Shown here piece after piece: positions 13,918 through 28,200 of a stretch of DNA of 64,000 nt. The position numbers and the translations under genes were made by a program. The first letter of the stretch is position 1, and each line of letters opens with the position of its first letter. A model generated the notes under the pieces. That model was not told where the DNA came from. It worked only from the letters and a program-made list of their open reading frames with translations, and made no database searches. The stretch comes from Nageia nagi (Eukaryota > Plantae > Pinophyta): the NCBI GenBank assembly GCA_050084985.1, contig JBITNC010000002.1, positions 38,192,001 to 38,256,000 on the forward strand, given 5' to 3'.

Positions 13918-16900
13918 CTTTGTTTAGAAAATCATCGTTTAATTGTAATTTTTTTAAACAATTGCATTTTTTCAATCTTCCCATCCTTTTGCAAAAAACA
14001 ATGATTTTTCCTTAAAAATGGAGCAATTTTTGCACTCCAAAAAGATGAGATTATTTGCTGTTTACTTGTGATTTTCTGCAAAAAAAAATGTGGACCACTT
14101 AAACAGATAAAAAATGATTTTTTGCAATTGTTTAATCACCGATTTATTGACAAAAAGATATGATTTTTGGCATAAAATAGCAAATCTGTTTAGGCAAAGA
14201 CTTAAAAGGGCGGAAATGGAATTTTTTTGTCATTTTGTTCTATGTAGGCTTGGGAAAAGAAAGGCTAGAGTTGTGTGGGCATTTTTGTATTTCTGATTTT
14301 GTTATTACAAGAGTTTGGAGGCTAATTCAATGATTTAGCTACCATGGGTGAAAATTTTTGTGGTTGGATTTCAAATTTCTCTTCATTTTCTTGCATTCTA
14401 GCTAGAAAATCAAAGTGTCTATAGAGTTAGATCCTTTTTGGCAGTATGCAACACAAGTTGAGGGCAAGCTAGGGAAGCTGCATGTACCCTTTGTAGGAAA
14501 GGTCATCACTGGAGGAATCTACAAGTTCAAAATCCATATTTCTCAAGAAGCAAGGAAAGATGTGGAAATTTTTCCAAATGCAAACACAAATCTTGCCCTA
14601 GAGGCAAGCAAATCCCTACAAGTTGCAACAGATAAGAAGGTTGTCATTCAAACTGAGCTAGGGATAAATGCTTCAAGATTTTGGATTCCCGATGATGTGA
14701 GTTTTAGTGTTGGAAGTCAACAAAGTTTTCAAACTTTTGCAATCTCTTCTTATGTAGGTCCATGAACAACCTAGAGCCCAAATATCAATTACTATTTTGT
14801 TGAACAAAGAATGAGAAAAAAGGGCAAGCATAATAGTGGCCAAGTTGGTATACTATGAAGGACTTCCAATCAACATTGTCAGGATCCCTTACTCAATGTT
14901 CGATGTAGTTTGTTTGATTGAGGTTGGGTACAAGGGGCCCACTTTAAAAGAATTGCAAGGGCCTCTTGTGCAGGATATCAAACAAAAGTGCTTGGATAGG
15001 TGTATTATATTTTTTTAAAATATTTCTTTACTTGAAATTTGTAGTTATATTTTTGTAGTGTTGTATTTTAATTTTTAGTTGCTTTTTCTTCCAAGTTGTC
15101 AGAAATTCAAGTCTTAGAAGGTAATGGATATCATCATAATGTTTGAAGAGTGGATAGATGGAAAGGGTAGAACCTTGATCAATTTCCTAGCGTATTGCCC
15201 ACAAGGCACAATGTTCATGAAATCCATTTGTGCATACAAAGATGGAAATAGGTTATGCGACCTTCTACACCAATTTGTGTAAGGGCTAGAGGTGAAGCAG
15301 GTTGTCAAGGTGGTCACAAACAATGTTGAAAACTATCTTGCAAAAAGGAAGTTACTTATGTAGAGGTATCCCATCATTTTCGGGACTCCATGTGTTGCCC
15401 ATTGCATTGATCTTATTTTGGAGGAGATAGAAAAATTTGATTGCTTGAGAGAGGTGGTTGACCAAGCAAGGTCAATCACCAAGTTCATTTATAATAAAGC
15501 CTTTGTTCTTAGCATAATGAGATGATTCACCATGAACAAGAAGTTGTTGCACCCAGAAGTCACACGATTTACCTCTAACTTCATCTCCCTTCAATCGATC
15601 AAAGGTGCATGCCTAAGCTTCGGGCAATGTTTGTTTCTAGATAGTGGTATGCTTCCTTGATGAGTAGGAGGCCAAAGGGCATTGTGGTGGCTTCCTTGGT
15701 AGGTAGGGAGGAATTTTGGCAAGTGGTCAAAAGGAGTCGATCAATGACTAAGCCACCTTTTATCATCCTCCACTTAATTCATAGGCATATGCATTCTATA
15801 GGCTACTTATATGAGCCCAAGGGATAGGCCCAAGCATGCCATCAAGGTTTGGTATGAGGAGCACATTAGGGATGACGAATAGTTTGAATACAAGTACACC
15901 ATCTATTACGACATCATTGATAAATGATGAAACAAAAATGCTCCATTGCCCTATATATGCAACAGGGGCCTTGTTGAACCCCAACTTATTGTTTGCACGA
16001 AGCTCAAGTCATCATGAGGTCTCTAGAGGGTTTGTTACATGTATATGCAGGATGATAGTTGGTTTCTTTAGTAACCAAATCTTCATGGACCTTGACATGT
16101 ACAAGAGTGCAATTGGCTTCTTTGGTTTTGATTCTACTAGAAACACACATGGGAGCACTCCCTAGGTGAGAGGAAACTAAATACTTCAAATTATTTATTT
16201 CATTGTTTTTTATACATTTAAGCTTTTACCAATTTTTTTTTTAATTATATTCATATTTTAGAGTTATGGTGGAAGAGTTTCAGCAGTGATACACCCCAAT
16301 TGCAAAATTTAGCCATTTACATCCTCAGGGACGCAAACACAATTGGAGTGCCTTCAAAAATTCACTCCAAGAAGTGCAACAGATTAGCAATTTGATTCAT
16401 TTCTATTTTTTTGAATCTTTTCAACTTTCAATGGTCACTTTTTAGTTCTTGCAATTACATTTAAATTTGTAATTGGTATGGCAAAATTTGTTTAATGTTA
16501 TCAGGTTGGTGATGCATCACTTAAATGATATTGTGTATCATCCACATCAACTTGTGATTGTATGTGAAGCAATTGCAAAAGAAGCATGAAGTGAAATCCA
16601 TTGACTTGTCTTCCATCAATCCCACATTTAATGATGCACCTCCATCCAACTTAGTAGAAGAGGACCATGTACAAGAGGAGTTTCATGTTGCATGGCTTGA
16701 GTTGGAGCAGCTAATGGATATGGGCATGGAGGATTATGTGGACTTGGAGGGTCCATTACCTAAGGTTCCTCAATCTAATATTGGTGTTGGACCTTTTGCA
16801 CCTGTTGAGGACAATTCTCCACACTCACAAAGGCAATGCAAAATAGAAGTGCCCCCTAGGACCATAGCACCCTCTACTATTAATACTAGTAGTTGAGCAC

Positions 16901-17276
16901 ATGGTGGCCAATATAAAACAACCAAAAGCCGTTGATGCCTCAACATTGTAGTTTTTGTACTTGTTGGCACTCAGCAGTAGACACACATTTTTTAGGTGAC
17001 TTTATTTAATATGTTTTTGTATTTTGATGTTATGATTTATGAATATGAATTATGATCCACTATCATTTTCCTCAAATTTATGTCATGAATGTGTTGTTGG
17101 ATGATATGGCTCATATGGAAATGTTTTATGGCAATTAAATAAGCTTATTTCATGGATAAATATGAAAAAAATTGCAATTTTTTTTTTTAATGTGCCACAA
17201 GTTTTTGTCAAGTTTGTCGAGTTTTTAAATTTGGCCCATAACCATTTTTTTGTCATTCATGATTTCCTAAACATTG
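13918..17276 (+). mobile_element. Full-length but decayed hAT DNA transposon (3359 bp)
   Basis: 8-bp TSD GATCAAAG (13910-13917 / 17277-17284); 18-bp TIR CTTTGTTTAGAAAATCAT vs CAATGTTTAGGAAATCAT; transposase remnants inside. Confidence 0.92.
14415..16896 (+). pseudogene. hAT transposase pseudogene (BED finger, DUF659, dimerisation domain) with introns
   Basis: DPFWQY...GGIYKFKIH; EGLPINIV..GYKGPT; WIDGKGRTLINFLAYCPQGTMFMKS; VVKVVTNN; TPCVAHCIDLILEEI; LLNP; STP/ELWW across a GT-AG intron at ~16166-16261. Confidence 0.9.
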
Positions 17277-17730
17277 GATCAAAGTGTAGAGAAACTAGGA
17301 ATACCATTTCCCAATATGACCCCTTGGATGGTGGCAACTCTATGGGTAGAATGCCCCAAACTTGAGATATCTTGCGATTCATCTACTATCTTAGGTTGCT
17401 AGTTCCTCTGCTTCCAAGGGCAATTAGTCCACAAATAGCTTCATTCATAGCATAAGGAGGAGTAGGCTCACCTTTGCAAAGTAAAAAGTTGGTTGCAATA
17501 CATAGTTCCCTTCACCTTCAATAAGGATGACACCAATGTACAAAGAGTCTTTAGTTGTATGGTGGGAAGTTCATCCCAAAGATGCAAGGGATGATGCAAG
17601 GGAAATTGATGAGGATAAGGATGAAGAAGGATTGGTTAAAGTACCATTGATGAGTTGGATCATGTGATGGTTAAAGATAATAACTCAAGTGGTGGTGATT
17701 ATGATAGATCAAGAAGTCCATCAAGAGACA

Positions 17731-18395
17731 TTCTGCCACATGAGCCAATAAACTTAGAAGAACAGTTTTCTATTTTACTTTTAGAGATAATTCTAATTCT
17801 CGTACACATACAGTTTTGTGTTGTACTTGGACTCCATTTTAGCATTTATAATTTAGCTATGTACATTGAAAACTTAAATATAATATATCTTGTGTTCTTT
17901 TGATCGTAATTATTTATTAATATTATTATGAGTATTTTCAAGTTTTTTATTTGGTTTGATATTTCTAAGCATCCATGTTTTACTATGAAAGAAATTGATT
18001 TTAATATTTTATCTAATATTTTTGAAATTCCTTCGATTTAATGTGATAATTTTAATGGGTCAAGAAACCCAACAGGAAAATTTCTGCCACATGAGCTGAT
18101 GGACTTGGAAGAATATTTTGCAATTTTACTTTTAACCATAATTCTCTTACACATACAGTTTTGTATTGAACTTGGACTCTATTTTTTAGCATTTATCATT
18201 TGGCTATGAACCTTGAAAATCTAAATATAATATAGCTTGTGTTTACTTGATCCTAGTTAATTATTAATGTTGAATAGGTATTTTTAAGTTTCGTATTTGG
18301 TTCAAAGCATCTATGAATTCATGTATTATTATGAAAGAAACTGATTTTAATGTGTTATAAAATCTCTTTGAAAAGCCTCTAATTTAATGTATTTT
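17731..18395. repeat. Diverged ~350-bp tandem duplication, probably within the 3' remnant of another DNA transposon
   Basis: ttctgccacatgagc...ttttactttta...cttggactc...atgaaagaaa.tgattttaat at ~17731-18040 and ~18082-18390. Confidence 0.75.
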
Positions 18396-19516
18396 TTGTT
18401 TGCCATCCCTTAGATGTCCCCGAAAAAATGGATTGCTCTTCCCAAGGTACCAAAAAGCTATCCCACCACCCCCATCATTCCCATCCCTGATACTTAGCGT
18501 ATCCTTGCTCTACTGTTATATCAACAACAACAACAAAAATCAATATTTTGATATTATCAGTTAGATCAAACTGGAAAAGGCCTCAACTGAGAGATTTATC
18601 CATAGTTAACATCACTCCAGTAGCTAACCAAAAGGCTACTGCAGTACTGATCAATAATGTTGATTTAGCTACTAGACAAAACAGATATTGAAATTGATTC
18701 ACATTCTCAAAGAAAGGTACAGTTCATAGTCCTGCACGTACTGAGGCTATTAAAAGTACATAAAATAATGAATTAGGTACTGTATGAAGTATTTGGAATA
18801 CAAAGTAAAAGAGTACCTCAATAAGACTCAAAAAAGGTTAATACAAGATGCTGTGGATGCCCTGGAGGCAGCTCAAAACAAGGCAAAAACTAAAATTAAC
18901 ATTAAAAGTACAATGGAATTAGATATCCGCTCAAGCAACACAATGTGTTGAAAGATAGAAAAAGATAGAAATGGGTTTAATCAAAGTTAAAGTGCATTGT
19001 TGTAGAGAAGACGGAATCATTATCAAGCACTTTGTAAAGTCTAATACAAGATCTGATGATGCTAGCGGGAGAGTGGCCAGTGCTGATTTGGGCATGGCTC
19101 AGTAATCAGAGGGAACGTATTTTGCAGGCTATAAAACTTGCCTATTATCTAATGATGATAAATGTGTAGTTGCTGACAGGAATCTGATGATATGTGTCTG
19201 GACAGACCAGACTCCAAGACCAAAAGGAGAAGTTGGCCCACAACATAATGAAACCCCCTGCCTAGGATGAGGAAGGAAGCTGTGGAGACTTTAGCAACAG
19301 CAGCTAGTATTGCAAGACACAGCCTCACAAGTCGGCCCTCATCTTCCTGGACCCATGTTGTTCAAAGGGCTTTTGATGCCCCAGCAGCTGGGAATTACCA
19401 AAGCAATCAACTGACCAATTGAAGATTTGCTAGAATAGCTTGAACTATTTTCGTGACTTGAAATATTGGCTAAGCTGACTTACACATGCTAATGTATTGT
19501 GTGCTCAAGAAGAAAA

Positions 19517-19916
19517 GAAAATATATTAATGTCCATGGGTGACCAAAAGCGGTCAATGGGACTGGAATATACAAGAGAGGTACAGTAGCAATCAAGGGCC
19601 CAAAGATGGTCCCCACTAAAGTTTAAAACGACTTAAAAATATAAAAAGGGGTCGAAATCCTAGAAGTAAGAAGATAATGCAAGAAAGGAGCACTATATTG
19701 CCAAGATTGGACAAGAAACCGCCTGGGGATGCTCTAGGGAGAACGTGAAGACGCTCTCAATAATGCTGCCATGATGGGATCTCTCTGATATCAGGCTTCA
19801 AATGGTTAATAAGGAGCCAATGATTTAGGTCAGCTGTGCTAAAGCAAAGAACAATGCAGTGTTCGTAATTGATGAAATTGTGATGGTTGAGGAGTTCTGA
19901 ACACACAAAATCAAAA
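19517..19916 (-). mobile_element. 5'-truncated 3' end of the LINE family seen at 40680-44335
   Basis: Minus strand cccattgaccgcttttggtcacccatggacattaatatattttc matches + strand 44287-44330 cccattgaccacttttggttacccacggacattaatatattttc. Confidence 0.7.
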
Positions 19917-22696
19917 TGTAATAACACTATCTAGAAATTTCAGGAATTTTGCAACTAAAACTCAGATTTTTCCAAATAAATTTCAGATCTGCAATTTTAC
20001 TCAGAAAATGACACTGAAATCCTCAAATTGGCTAGATCTAACCACACAAATTTTATAAAAATTATCTACAAGTGGCAATAGAAACTAGGGCACACAAGGA
20101 ACTCAAATCATGCCCTAAAATACAATAAAAATTGCCTAGGGCTGGACGCCAAGTTGTAGAGGCTAGATCTGGTCTATAAGTCTTTAATCTCTCAACCAAA
20201 CATAGATCTATTAACAAAACCTTCACATCTAATAGATCTTGTCACAACTCCTTCACATCTGATAGATCTAGTCATAAACTTTTGATCTGGTCTTTGATTC
20301 AGTAGATCTGAACACAAATTCAGATCTGATCATATACTCTCAAATTTGATGTTGAAGTCTCAATATGCCCAAGTGGTGAACCCTGGATGGATTCACTCTC
20401 AAAGGACTCAAAGGATCAGCCCCTGAATCCTCAACCAAAAGAAAGGGATCATCACCTTGTCTACAATGGTTGGCTCTTCTGAAGATGTTGGGATCAACCA
20501 TTGTCCACAAAAGGTTGAGTAAGGGATCAACACTTCACTTCAAAAATCACAATGTCAAAATACACAAAGATACCCATAAATGGGATGCTTTACCTCCTTT
20601 TATAATTAAACATCCCCTTTTTCCTTCTAATTGACCATAAGTGGCACACAAACCAATGCCACTTTTATTTTATTTTTTATGTTTAATTTTTTATACAAAA
20701 ATTACTCTTGATGACAAAACAAAAAGTGTATCCCACCTCAACTTGGAAACTTTTATTTTAATATTGCATAGGATGAGTGGGTACCACAAGAGGGGACATT
20801 ACAAGTCTACCCCTCCAAATTGCCTGTCATCAAGCAATGTCAACGAGGGTCCCAAATCAACCTTAGAAAACACCCATCATGCTTCCCTTGCACCATTCTA
20901 AGACCCATCTCCCAATGCTTGAAAATTTATTTGTGCTCCTCATGAGTGGTTGTCTCTCTGAATAAATTGCCCTCCATTTGCATCAATGTTGTCTCTACCA
21001 GATCAGCTTTGACATCAAGTGCCTCTTCACACAAAAGTACATCCAACATCGCTTCTTTAAAGCAATTTTCAGTCTCCATTGTTGTTATAACATGAAGATC
21101 ATCAAGTGCATCCTCTCAATTTTCTTCTAGAAACATAACATTATTCACTCTTGACGAGTGATCTTCTTCAATGATAGAATCAAACATAAAACTAATAGCT
21201 CTTACCTCTTCATCATTCACAAGATCTAAACAAGTATCCCAAAGTGGTCCATCCCTTGTTTTCTAAACAAGGAAAACTCCCAAATCTGATTTTTCAAAAC
21301 ATCCATCCACCTCATGCGAATGGTCTTCAACATTTTCCTCCATAAATACTGCTGAAAAAACCCCTTCATCATTTATTTCTAGCTTTTTCTCTTCTAGCTG
21401 ATCATTTATTTCCTTTTTTTATTTCTTCATATTTAGATCCATCAAATTTAGGGCCATCATTTTTCACTTCATGATCCAAATCTGAAGTCTCTTTGTCATT
21501 TTTCTACTTCTCTTCAGGCTTGCCTACAAACAATCTCCTTAGAAACATGGGTAAAGAATGAGAAACTAAGCTCTCACCTTCTTAATCCCATGTAGAAACA
21601 TGAATTGCTATTTGTGCACGTCCATATCTGAATTTGTGTTGCAGATCTCTTCTTTCAACACCTTGAATTGGTTGTGGCTGAGGGTTTTCGCCCTAATTTG
21701 GTTGTGGTTGAGGAATTCCACCCTGCTCTAGCTTGTTTACCAACCGACCCAACAAATCAAGCAATGTATCAAGTTTTTGCTCATCATAGTTCATGATGGC
21801 TGGTTTCACAAGCTCGCAAGATCCAATCTTTGATACCACTATAATAACCCTATCTAGAAAATTCATGAATTTTGCAAATAATACTAAGATTTTTCCAAAT
21901 AAATTTCAGATCTGCAATTTTACTCAGAAAATGACACAGAAATCCTCAAATTGGCTAGATCTAACCACAAAAATTTTATAAAAAATATCTGCAAGTGGCA
22001 ATACAAACTAGGGCACACAAGGAGCTCAAATCATGCTCCAAAATACAATAAAAAATTGCCTAGGGCGGGATGCCAAGTTGTAGAGGCCAGATCTAGTCTC
22101 TAAGTCTTCAATCTCTCAACCAACCATACATCTATTGACAAAACCTTCAGATCTGATAGATCTAGTCATAAACTTTCAATCTGGTCCTTAATTCAACAGA
22201 TCTTATCACAAATTCAGATCTGATTATATACTCTCAAATTTGATGCTGAAGTCACAATATGCCCAAGTGGTGAACCCTCAGTGGATTAACTCTCAAAAGA
22301 CTCAAGGGATTAGCACCTTGCATCCTAAACCAAAAGAAAGGGATCATCACCTTGTCTACAATGGTTGGCTCTTTTGAAGATGTTGGGATCAGCACTTGTC
22401 CACAAAAGGTTGAGTAAAGGATCATCCCTTCACTCTAAAAATCACAATGTCAAAATACACAAAGATATCCACAAATGGAGCGCTCTACCTCCTTTTATAA
22501 CTGAACACCCCTTTTTCCTTCTAATTGCCAATTAAGTGGCACAAAACCCTACACCACTTTTATTCTATTTTTTATGTTTTTTTTTATACAAAAATCACTC
22601 TTAGTGACAAAACAAAAAGTGTGTCCCACCTCCACTTGGCAACTTTTACTTACTATTGCATAGGAAGAGTGGGGAACTACAAGAGGCGACATTACA
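19917..22696 (-). mobile_element. Small non-autonomous gypsy-type LTR element (TRIM/LARD-like, 2.78 kb)
   Basis: LTRs 19917-20803 and 21840-22696 (ending GACATTACA); PBS TGGTATCAAAG at ~21828-21838; PPT GGAGGGGTAG at ~20807-20816; ~1.04 kb internal region without pol; no TSD recognised. Confidence 0.9.
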
Positions 22697-23445
22697 CATG
22701 TCCCAAAGGATGTAAATAAAAGAACGTCTAATCAAAGCAGCAATTTGTCAGCTCTTCCATGTAAAACTTCACCTAATTACCTGTTCTAATCTCAATGCTA
22801 ATCAAATTTTATCAGTTTCAATCAATGGTCTTCCCACTCTAATTTAACTGGTTACTAAGCTAAGAGATGGCCTGTTAAAACATTCTCTTGAAAAATTGTG
22901 CACAACATAAAAATAAAAAATATGTTAATCAATGTATGCTACGTAGCTTTTGATTTTTTAATAACAAATTTCCCTTGTGCTAAGAAAAAATAAAATGGGC
23001 ATGCAAAACTATAAAATAAAGCTACAAACAAGGCAGTACAATATACATGTTTGAAGATTATTTGTTTGAAATTTTTACGCATTAAATGTCTATGCAAATA
23101 GCCTCTTTTAATTGATCTTGAAACAACAACTTAATGGATACAGCCATGATGAAGATATCCACACGTAACTCAATACTCATTAAAACTTAATACTTCTTAT
23201 GGAACTTCACAATTTTTGAACATTTTCTTTCAGAAAATCAATAATTTGGTCCCCTTGTATGAAAATTAATAGAACAGAAGACAAAACAAGCTAATTTCAG
23301 GACTATCATTTATCTGTATTTAAACAAGCACTGCTACAACCATCCTGAAATAATAGTGTTGAACATTTGTTTTGAATAATTTTATTAGATCGAATGCATA
23401 ATCCTGTTAGATATTTTCATAATGTCCATTTACCTTTCATCTCAC

Positions 23446-23487
23446 CTTGATATAGAAAGGCCCTAGTCGAATAAGAATCCTTCGAAA
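23446..23487 (-). CDS. ABC1K2: ABC1 atypical kinase, internal 42-nt exon FRRILIRLGPFYIK
   Basis: tgttggcag|TTT...AAG|gtgaga; phase 0 both sides; matches the recalled At5g24970-type motif FRETLISLGPFYIK and directly continues ...KRADK of the upstream exon. Confidence 0.9.
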
Positions 23488-23947
23488 CTGCCAACACAGA
23501 AAAAAGTTGTAGTAAGTAAATATATGGTATGACAAATAAGTATAAATAGAATATTGCTTCCAAGGATGAGGAAAGTCCAACATTGTTTGCTTCATCGATA
23601 CCAGAGAGGTAGAAAAATAAAAAATAGCATCTTTTATTTTCATAGATGATTTACAAATTCAAAAAAGGACAAAAAACACTATTGAGACCTACATTATTGT
23701 GGAACAGAGAAATGGGCATTAACAATCGTGGTAGAGAGTAGCCATTTGTTTTGCATGAAAAAGGTAATGGCTTCCATGAAAGAAGCTGAGATAAGCCATT
23801 GAGACCAAGAAGCATCCTCACAGTCTTAAAAAATGATAGTATATATCTTAATTCTTCTTGTAGACTGACTGATAAAATTCTCAAAACCACAACTCATTAA
23901 AAGTTTAAATGTAAATCACATGTAAAGTATTAATTAATATTCAATTT

Positions 23948-23954
<7 letters not shown>

Positions 23955-23979
<25 letters not shown>

Positions 23980-24261
23980 GAATATGACATAGATTCATAT
24001 ATGTTAAGTTCTATACTAAATTCCTACTTTTTGTTCAACTGATTTCACAATTAATTACATAATTATACATGAAATTGAATACATTTTGGTATCATCATAC
24101 TAGACATTGTAGAAATAACTATATATAAGACATAGATTCATATATGTTAAATTCTATACTAAATTCCTAATTTTTGTTTTACTGATTTCATAATTAATTA
24201 CATAATTATACATAAAATTGAATGCCTTTTGGTATCATCATACTAGACATTGTAGAAATAA
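23955..24261. repeat. (TA)n microsatellite followed by a 143-bp tandem duplication
   Basis: gacatagattcatatatgttaa...tactagacattgtagaaataa at 23986-24118 and 24129-24261. Confidence 0.9.
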
Positions 24262-25329
24262 GTGACTCAGAATAACTATATTTTTCTATGACAAAATAAA
24301 AATCCTTTGTTTACAAAAAAATATTCCTTCATGTTGATCTATAAGTTTCTCTAGATAGGTGGATGTTATATGAACTTACAATAATTTAATAATTAGAAAG
24401 TTGCATATTGTGAACCAAGCTAAAATATATTTTCCTTCTCATCCAATCAAATCTAACATCCAGGGTGGTACTCTGATAACCATTCTATGCTATGTTTCTT
24501 CCCTCCTTTAAGGTTTGGATCCCCTTCATGTATAGCTTTATTTGTTTTATGTTATTTTATTCTAGCTTTAGGGTGGGCCTTGCTGGCTACTTGACCATTC
24601 TTGTACATTCTAGTCCCATTGACTGTTTAATATATTTTCTTTCTTTCTGGTTAAAAACAATTATGGATGTGTTAATTTATTGTAATATGTAACAGAAATA
24701 TTTGTAATTATTCATGCCATAATGCATTCATTTTATATAATGGTGAGGTATTATATACTGAAAGGAAAGAACATTGGTATAATTGTAGTGGCATTAAAAC
24801 TACAGTTAATAACATGCATGCATAGCAAATAATGTAAAGCGTGCAACCTTTTCTCTTGCTCTCATGAGAATTGATCAAGAGGCCTCTAATCTGATAAAGA
24901 AAAAAAGAGTTGAACTAAATTCACAGATAGTGAGTAGATAAAGAACAGTTGTTTAAATGTCAGTGTTAATCTCCACAAAAACTTATCACACACAAAACTG
25001 TTTGACAAATATATAGAAAACATTATAGATGTTAACGTGTTGTTATTTTCATTGCAGAATTCTATTAAAAATTTGCATAAGACAAAAGTAAAGGAACTAA
25101 AATCCAGAAAAAACATTTTCAGGACATGGTCTAGTACAACATCATCCATTGATGAATACAAAATTGAAGTCTCAAGCTTGATATCTGTATACAGACCAAA
25201 AAAATACTCATTTTCTTACGTCTGCAAAATTTACAAAAACTATACACGCTCACAAACTTTAAATAGCCTCTGAAAGATCTACTTGATTAACACAATAAAC
25301 TTGTAGTGATTGCCCATATAGGTTAGCGT

Positions 25330-26060
25330 CACAAAAAATGTTTATGGAATGTTGAAGTAATATCTTGACAATATGACATGGGTACCCATCCCTTGATTTG
25401 CATGGTCCATAGCTCTATATTTCGATTCCATAGTCAACATTGAAACATCTTGCTAGACCAAGTAATAGGCCCACTCCCAAGTGGACTCCCAAGTGGAAAT
25501 CCAAAGCTAGAAGTAGACTTCCTTCCATTAGTGTGCTTCATATAATCCACATCCAAATAACCAAAAATGATAGTATTGACCCCTTCACATAGAAAATCCC
25601 CTTGCATAAGGAACCTTAGTATACCACAAAACTCTCTTAGCTATTTTCCAATGGGAATCATGGGGTTCTGATTGGAATCTAAAAAGATATGTAAGAGATA
25701 TTGATCCTAGCGTGAGTCAAGTTATGAAGACTCCAAATTATAGATCTGTAAAGAGTTTCATCTACCTTAGGATCATTAGAGCTATTACCTTCTACTACAA
25801 GCTTCATTCCAGAAGGCATGGGAGTGGCAACAAGCTTGCAATCTTCCATATTAAATTTGTTCAAATGCCAAAGATACGCTTCAACTAGGAAAAAGCAATT
25901 CCACACTCCATTTACCAAACTTGCAAACCAAGGATATAGTGTGCAAGACCAAGATCAATCATCTCAAAATTCTTCAACCTTTCCTTCATTGCCTTAAATT
26001 ATGATGAAAAATCCTCAATAATAATCAAGATATCCACATAAATTACATGTAGATGGCAGA
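25330..26060 (-). mobile_element. Ty1/copia RT-RNaseH fragment, heavily decayed
   Basis: YVDI, FEMIDLGLAHYILG, KFNMEDCKLVATPM, LYRSII, HWKIAKRVL, GYLDVDY..RKSTS motifs on the minus strand. Confidence 0.8.
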
Positions 26061-26099
26061 AATCTAAGATGGAGTCTTCACTGGTGGAGCTAAGTATAG

Positions 26100-28200
26100 A
26101 AATTCAGAGTCAAAGTGATATGCCAATGTTTAGATAAGTGATGAGAAAACTGAGCACACGACTATTATCAGAGGATGCAAAGTTAATGTAGAATCAACAA
26201 GAAGTAGATTATGAGAACCAATTGACAATTGGAGGTGTGGTCAAGTTGTTCAAGTTAGGTGGTAGTGATGTGCCATAGGGATGAATCAAAAGATTGTAGA
26301 TACATATAGAGCTGAAGAAAGAGGAAATCGTCCTGTATAACTACTATCAGCATTGAATGAGTATGGCCTTGATATTTGAGTGACAAGTCATTGTGCGCAC
26401 ATGAACGGAATCAAAGAAATGAGAGAATTTTAAAAAAGGATCGCAAGAGATTATGAAGATTTTGGCGAAGTCAAGTCCAAGAAGGAAGAGCCCAACATTA
26501 GTTCGGGGAGCCAATGTGGAGGAGCGACAAACCAGCATGAAGGTTGGTGGTGAGAAATAAGAGGGCACAATATGGAAATGAAGTCATAGCCAAGAAAGCT
26601 AAGAGCTCAAGTTGTGATGCACATAAAAGGCAATGAGAGTGTGGAAGAGCCATGAGCTCATATGATAAGTCTGTGAAATGGGACTATGTATGCTTGAGAG
26701 TCAAAGGGTGCAGACAGGCCAATATATGCTCTTGGTATTGGAATTTGTGATCTAAGGGAAACTATCAATGTCGTGCCTTCTAAGTTTGGTGAGGGGACTA
26801 TGTAAACCTTCATTGGCATGTAGTTGTGCATTCTAAGGTCGATGCCTATATTGCACTAGTGTCCCTTATAAGTCAAAACTGCAAGCCTCTTGGTATAAGG
26901 CCAAAAATTTGTATTGTATATTCGTTGCAATAGAAAAGAATATGAGATTACTAAGAGCCCTGAGTTTGGTTCCTCATGTTAAGACCTAATACCGTATTTG
27001 TATTAAGGCCTGCTATCACATTTACCCTACATTAAGTGGTGTCAAAGTGGTTTAGATACCTTGGGTGTAAGAATATGGAGAACTTGTCGTGACAAACTTG
27101 GAATTGAAGGAGATACGATTTTTACAACATTTGAGAAAAAGCTTAAATTTTCATTCAATCTTGTAGTTTGATACGAAAGCATATGAAATCTGATACGGTT
27201 GTCATAGTGAGATAGTAGAAATTTGTGTTGGAGTCTTCGTTGGTGGAGCAAAGTATAGAAATTTGGGGTCAATGTGACATGCGAATGCTTAGAAAGATGA
27301 TAAGACAACCAAGCACACAACAATTAGCAGAGAACACAAAGTTAATGTAGAATCAGCAACAAGTAGATTACGATGACCTATCAATCAATGGAGGTGTGGT
27401 CCAATTGTTCGAGTTAGGTGGTTGTGATGTGCCATGAAGATGAATCAGAAAATTGTATATCTACATAGGAAGAAAGAAAAAATATATTAATATCTCAGAG
27501 TGATCAAAAAGCTCAATGGGACTCAAAAATACAACCAAAGAAATAGATATGAACTAAGGAGTAAGCCCCTAGAGAAAGAAATCTAACTAAAGGAAAGCAA
27601 AGGAGTAAGGTGGGTAAAGGGATAAATCCAAAAGCCTTGAACCAATGAACGTTAAACCTAAAAGATATGAATACAAGAGAGAAGGACCCTTCAAAGAGAA
27701 GTGATGAGAAACAATTGAAGTCAAAGAGGAGCATAGCTAGAAACCAAGCATTTTCAAATGTCTGGAGTGAAGCACCAATCAGAAGAACCAATGATTGTGA
27801 CGTTGATCACTACAAAAGGATCCATGCAGGAATTGAAAATGGTTGTGGGGGCAAGCCTTGAACTAGGAGAATTGGGTTTAACCATCATAGGAAGAAGCTA
27901 GAAATTACCCCTCAAATCTCTCCTAACATCCAAGGCTAAAGGATTACTAGTAACATAGAAGAACTAGTAATAAGCGATTATCTTTGCGGTTCCAACAATA
28001 GACACAAGGAGGAACCTTGTTGCTGATTGGAAACAAATCTATGATGTTTAAAGTGGGAAGGTCGTTGGGATACTTGGGTAGTAGTGCACAATGAAGAACA
28101 TCAATGTACTAACCTATCATTGTCTATGTTGGAATTGGTAGTGCCTCGGTAGCATTTAACATCCCCAATAATTGTAATGGGCTGAAAGAAGGAAGTAATC
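26100..28200 (-). mobile_element. Mosaic of LINE fragments (RT and endonuclease-like pieces) with an internal duplication
   Basis: 26340-26570 is paralogous to 32775-33050; 26180-26310 is duplicated at 27340-27470. Confidence 0.5.

Noticed and set aside
18500-19500. Next ABC1K2 exon (LGQALSTRPD...) or another host exon
   Set aside because: No matching peptide or convincing spliceable open frame was seen by eye.
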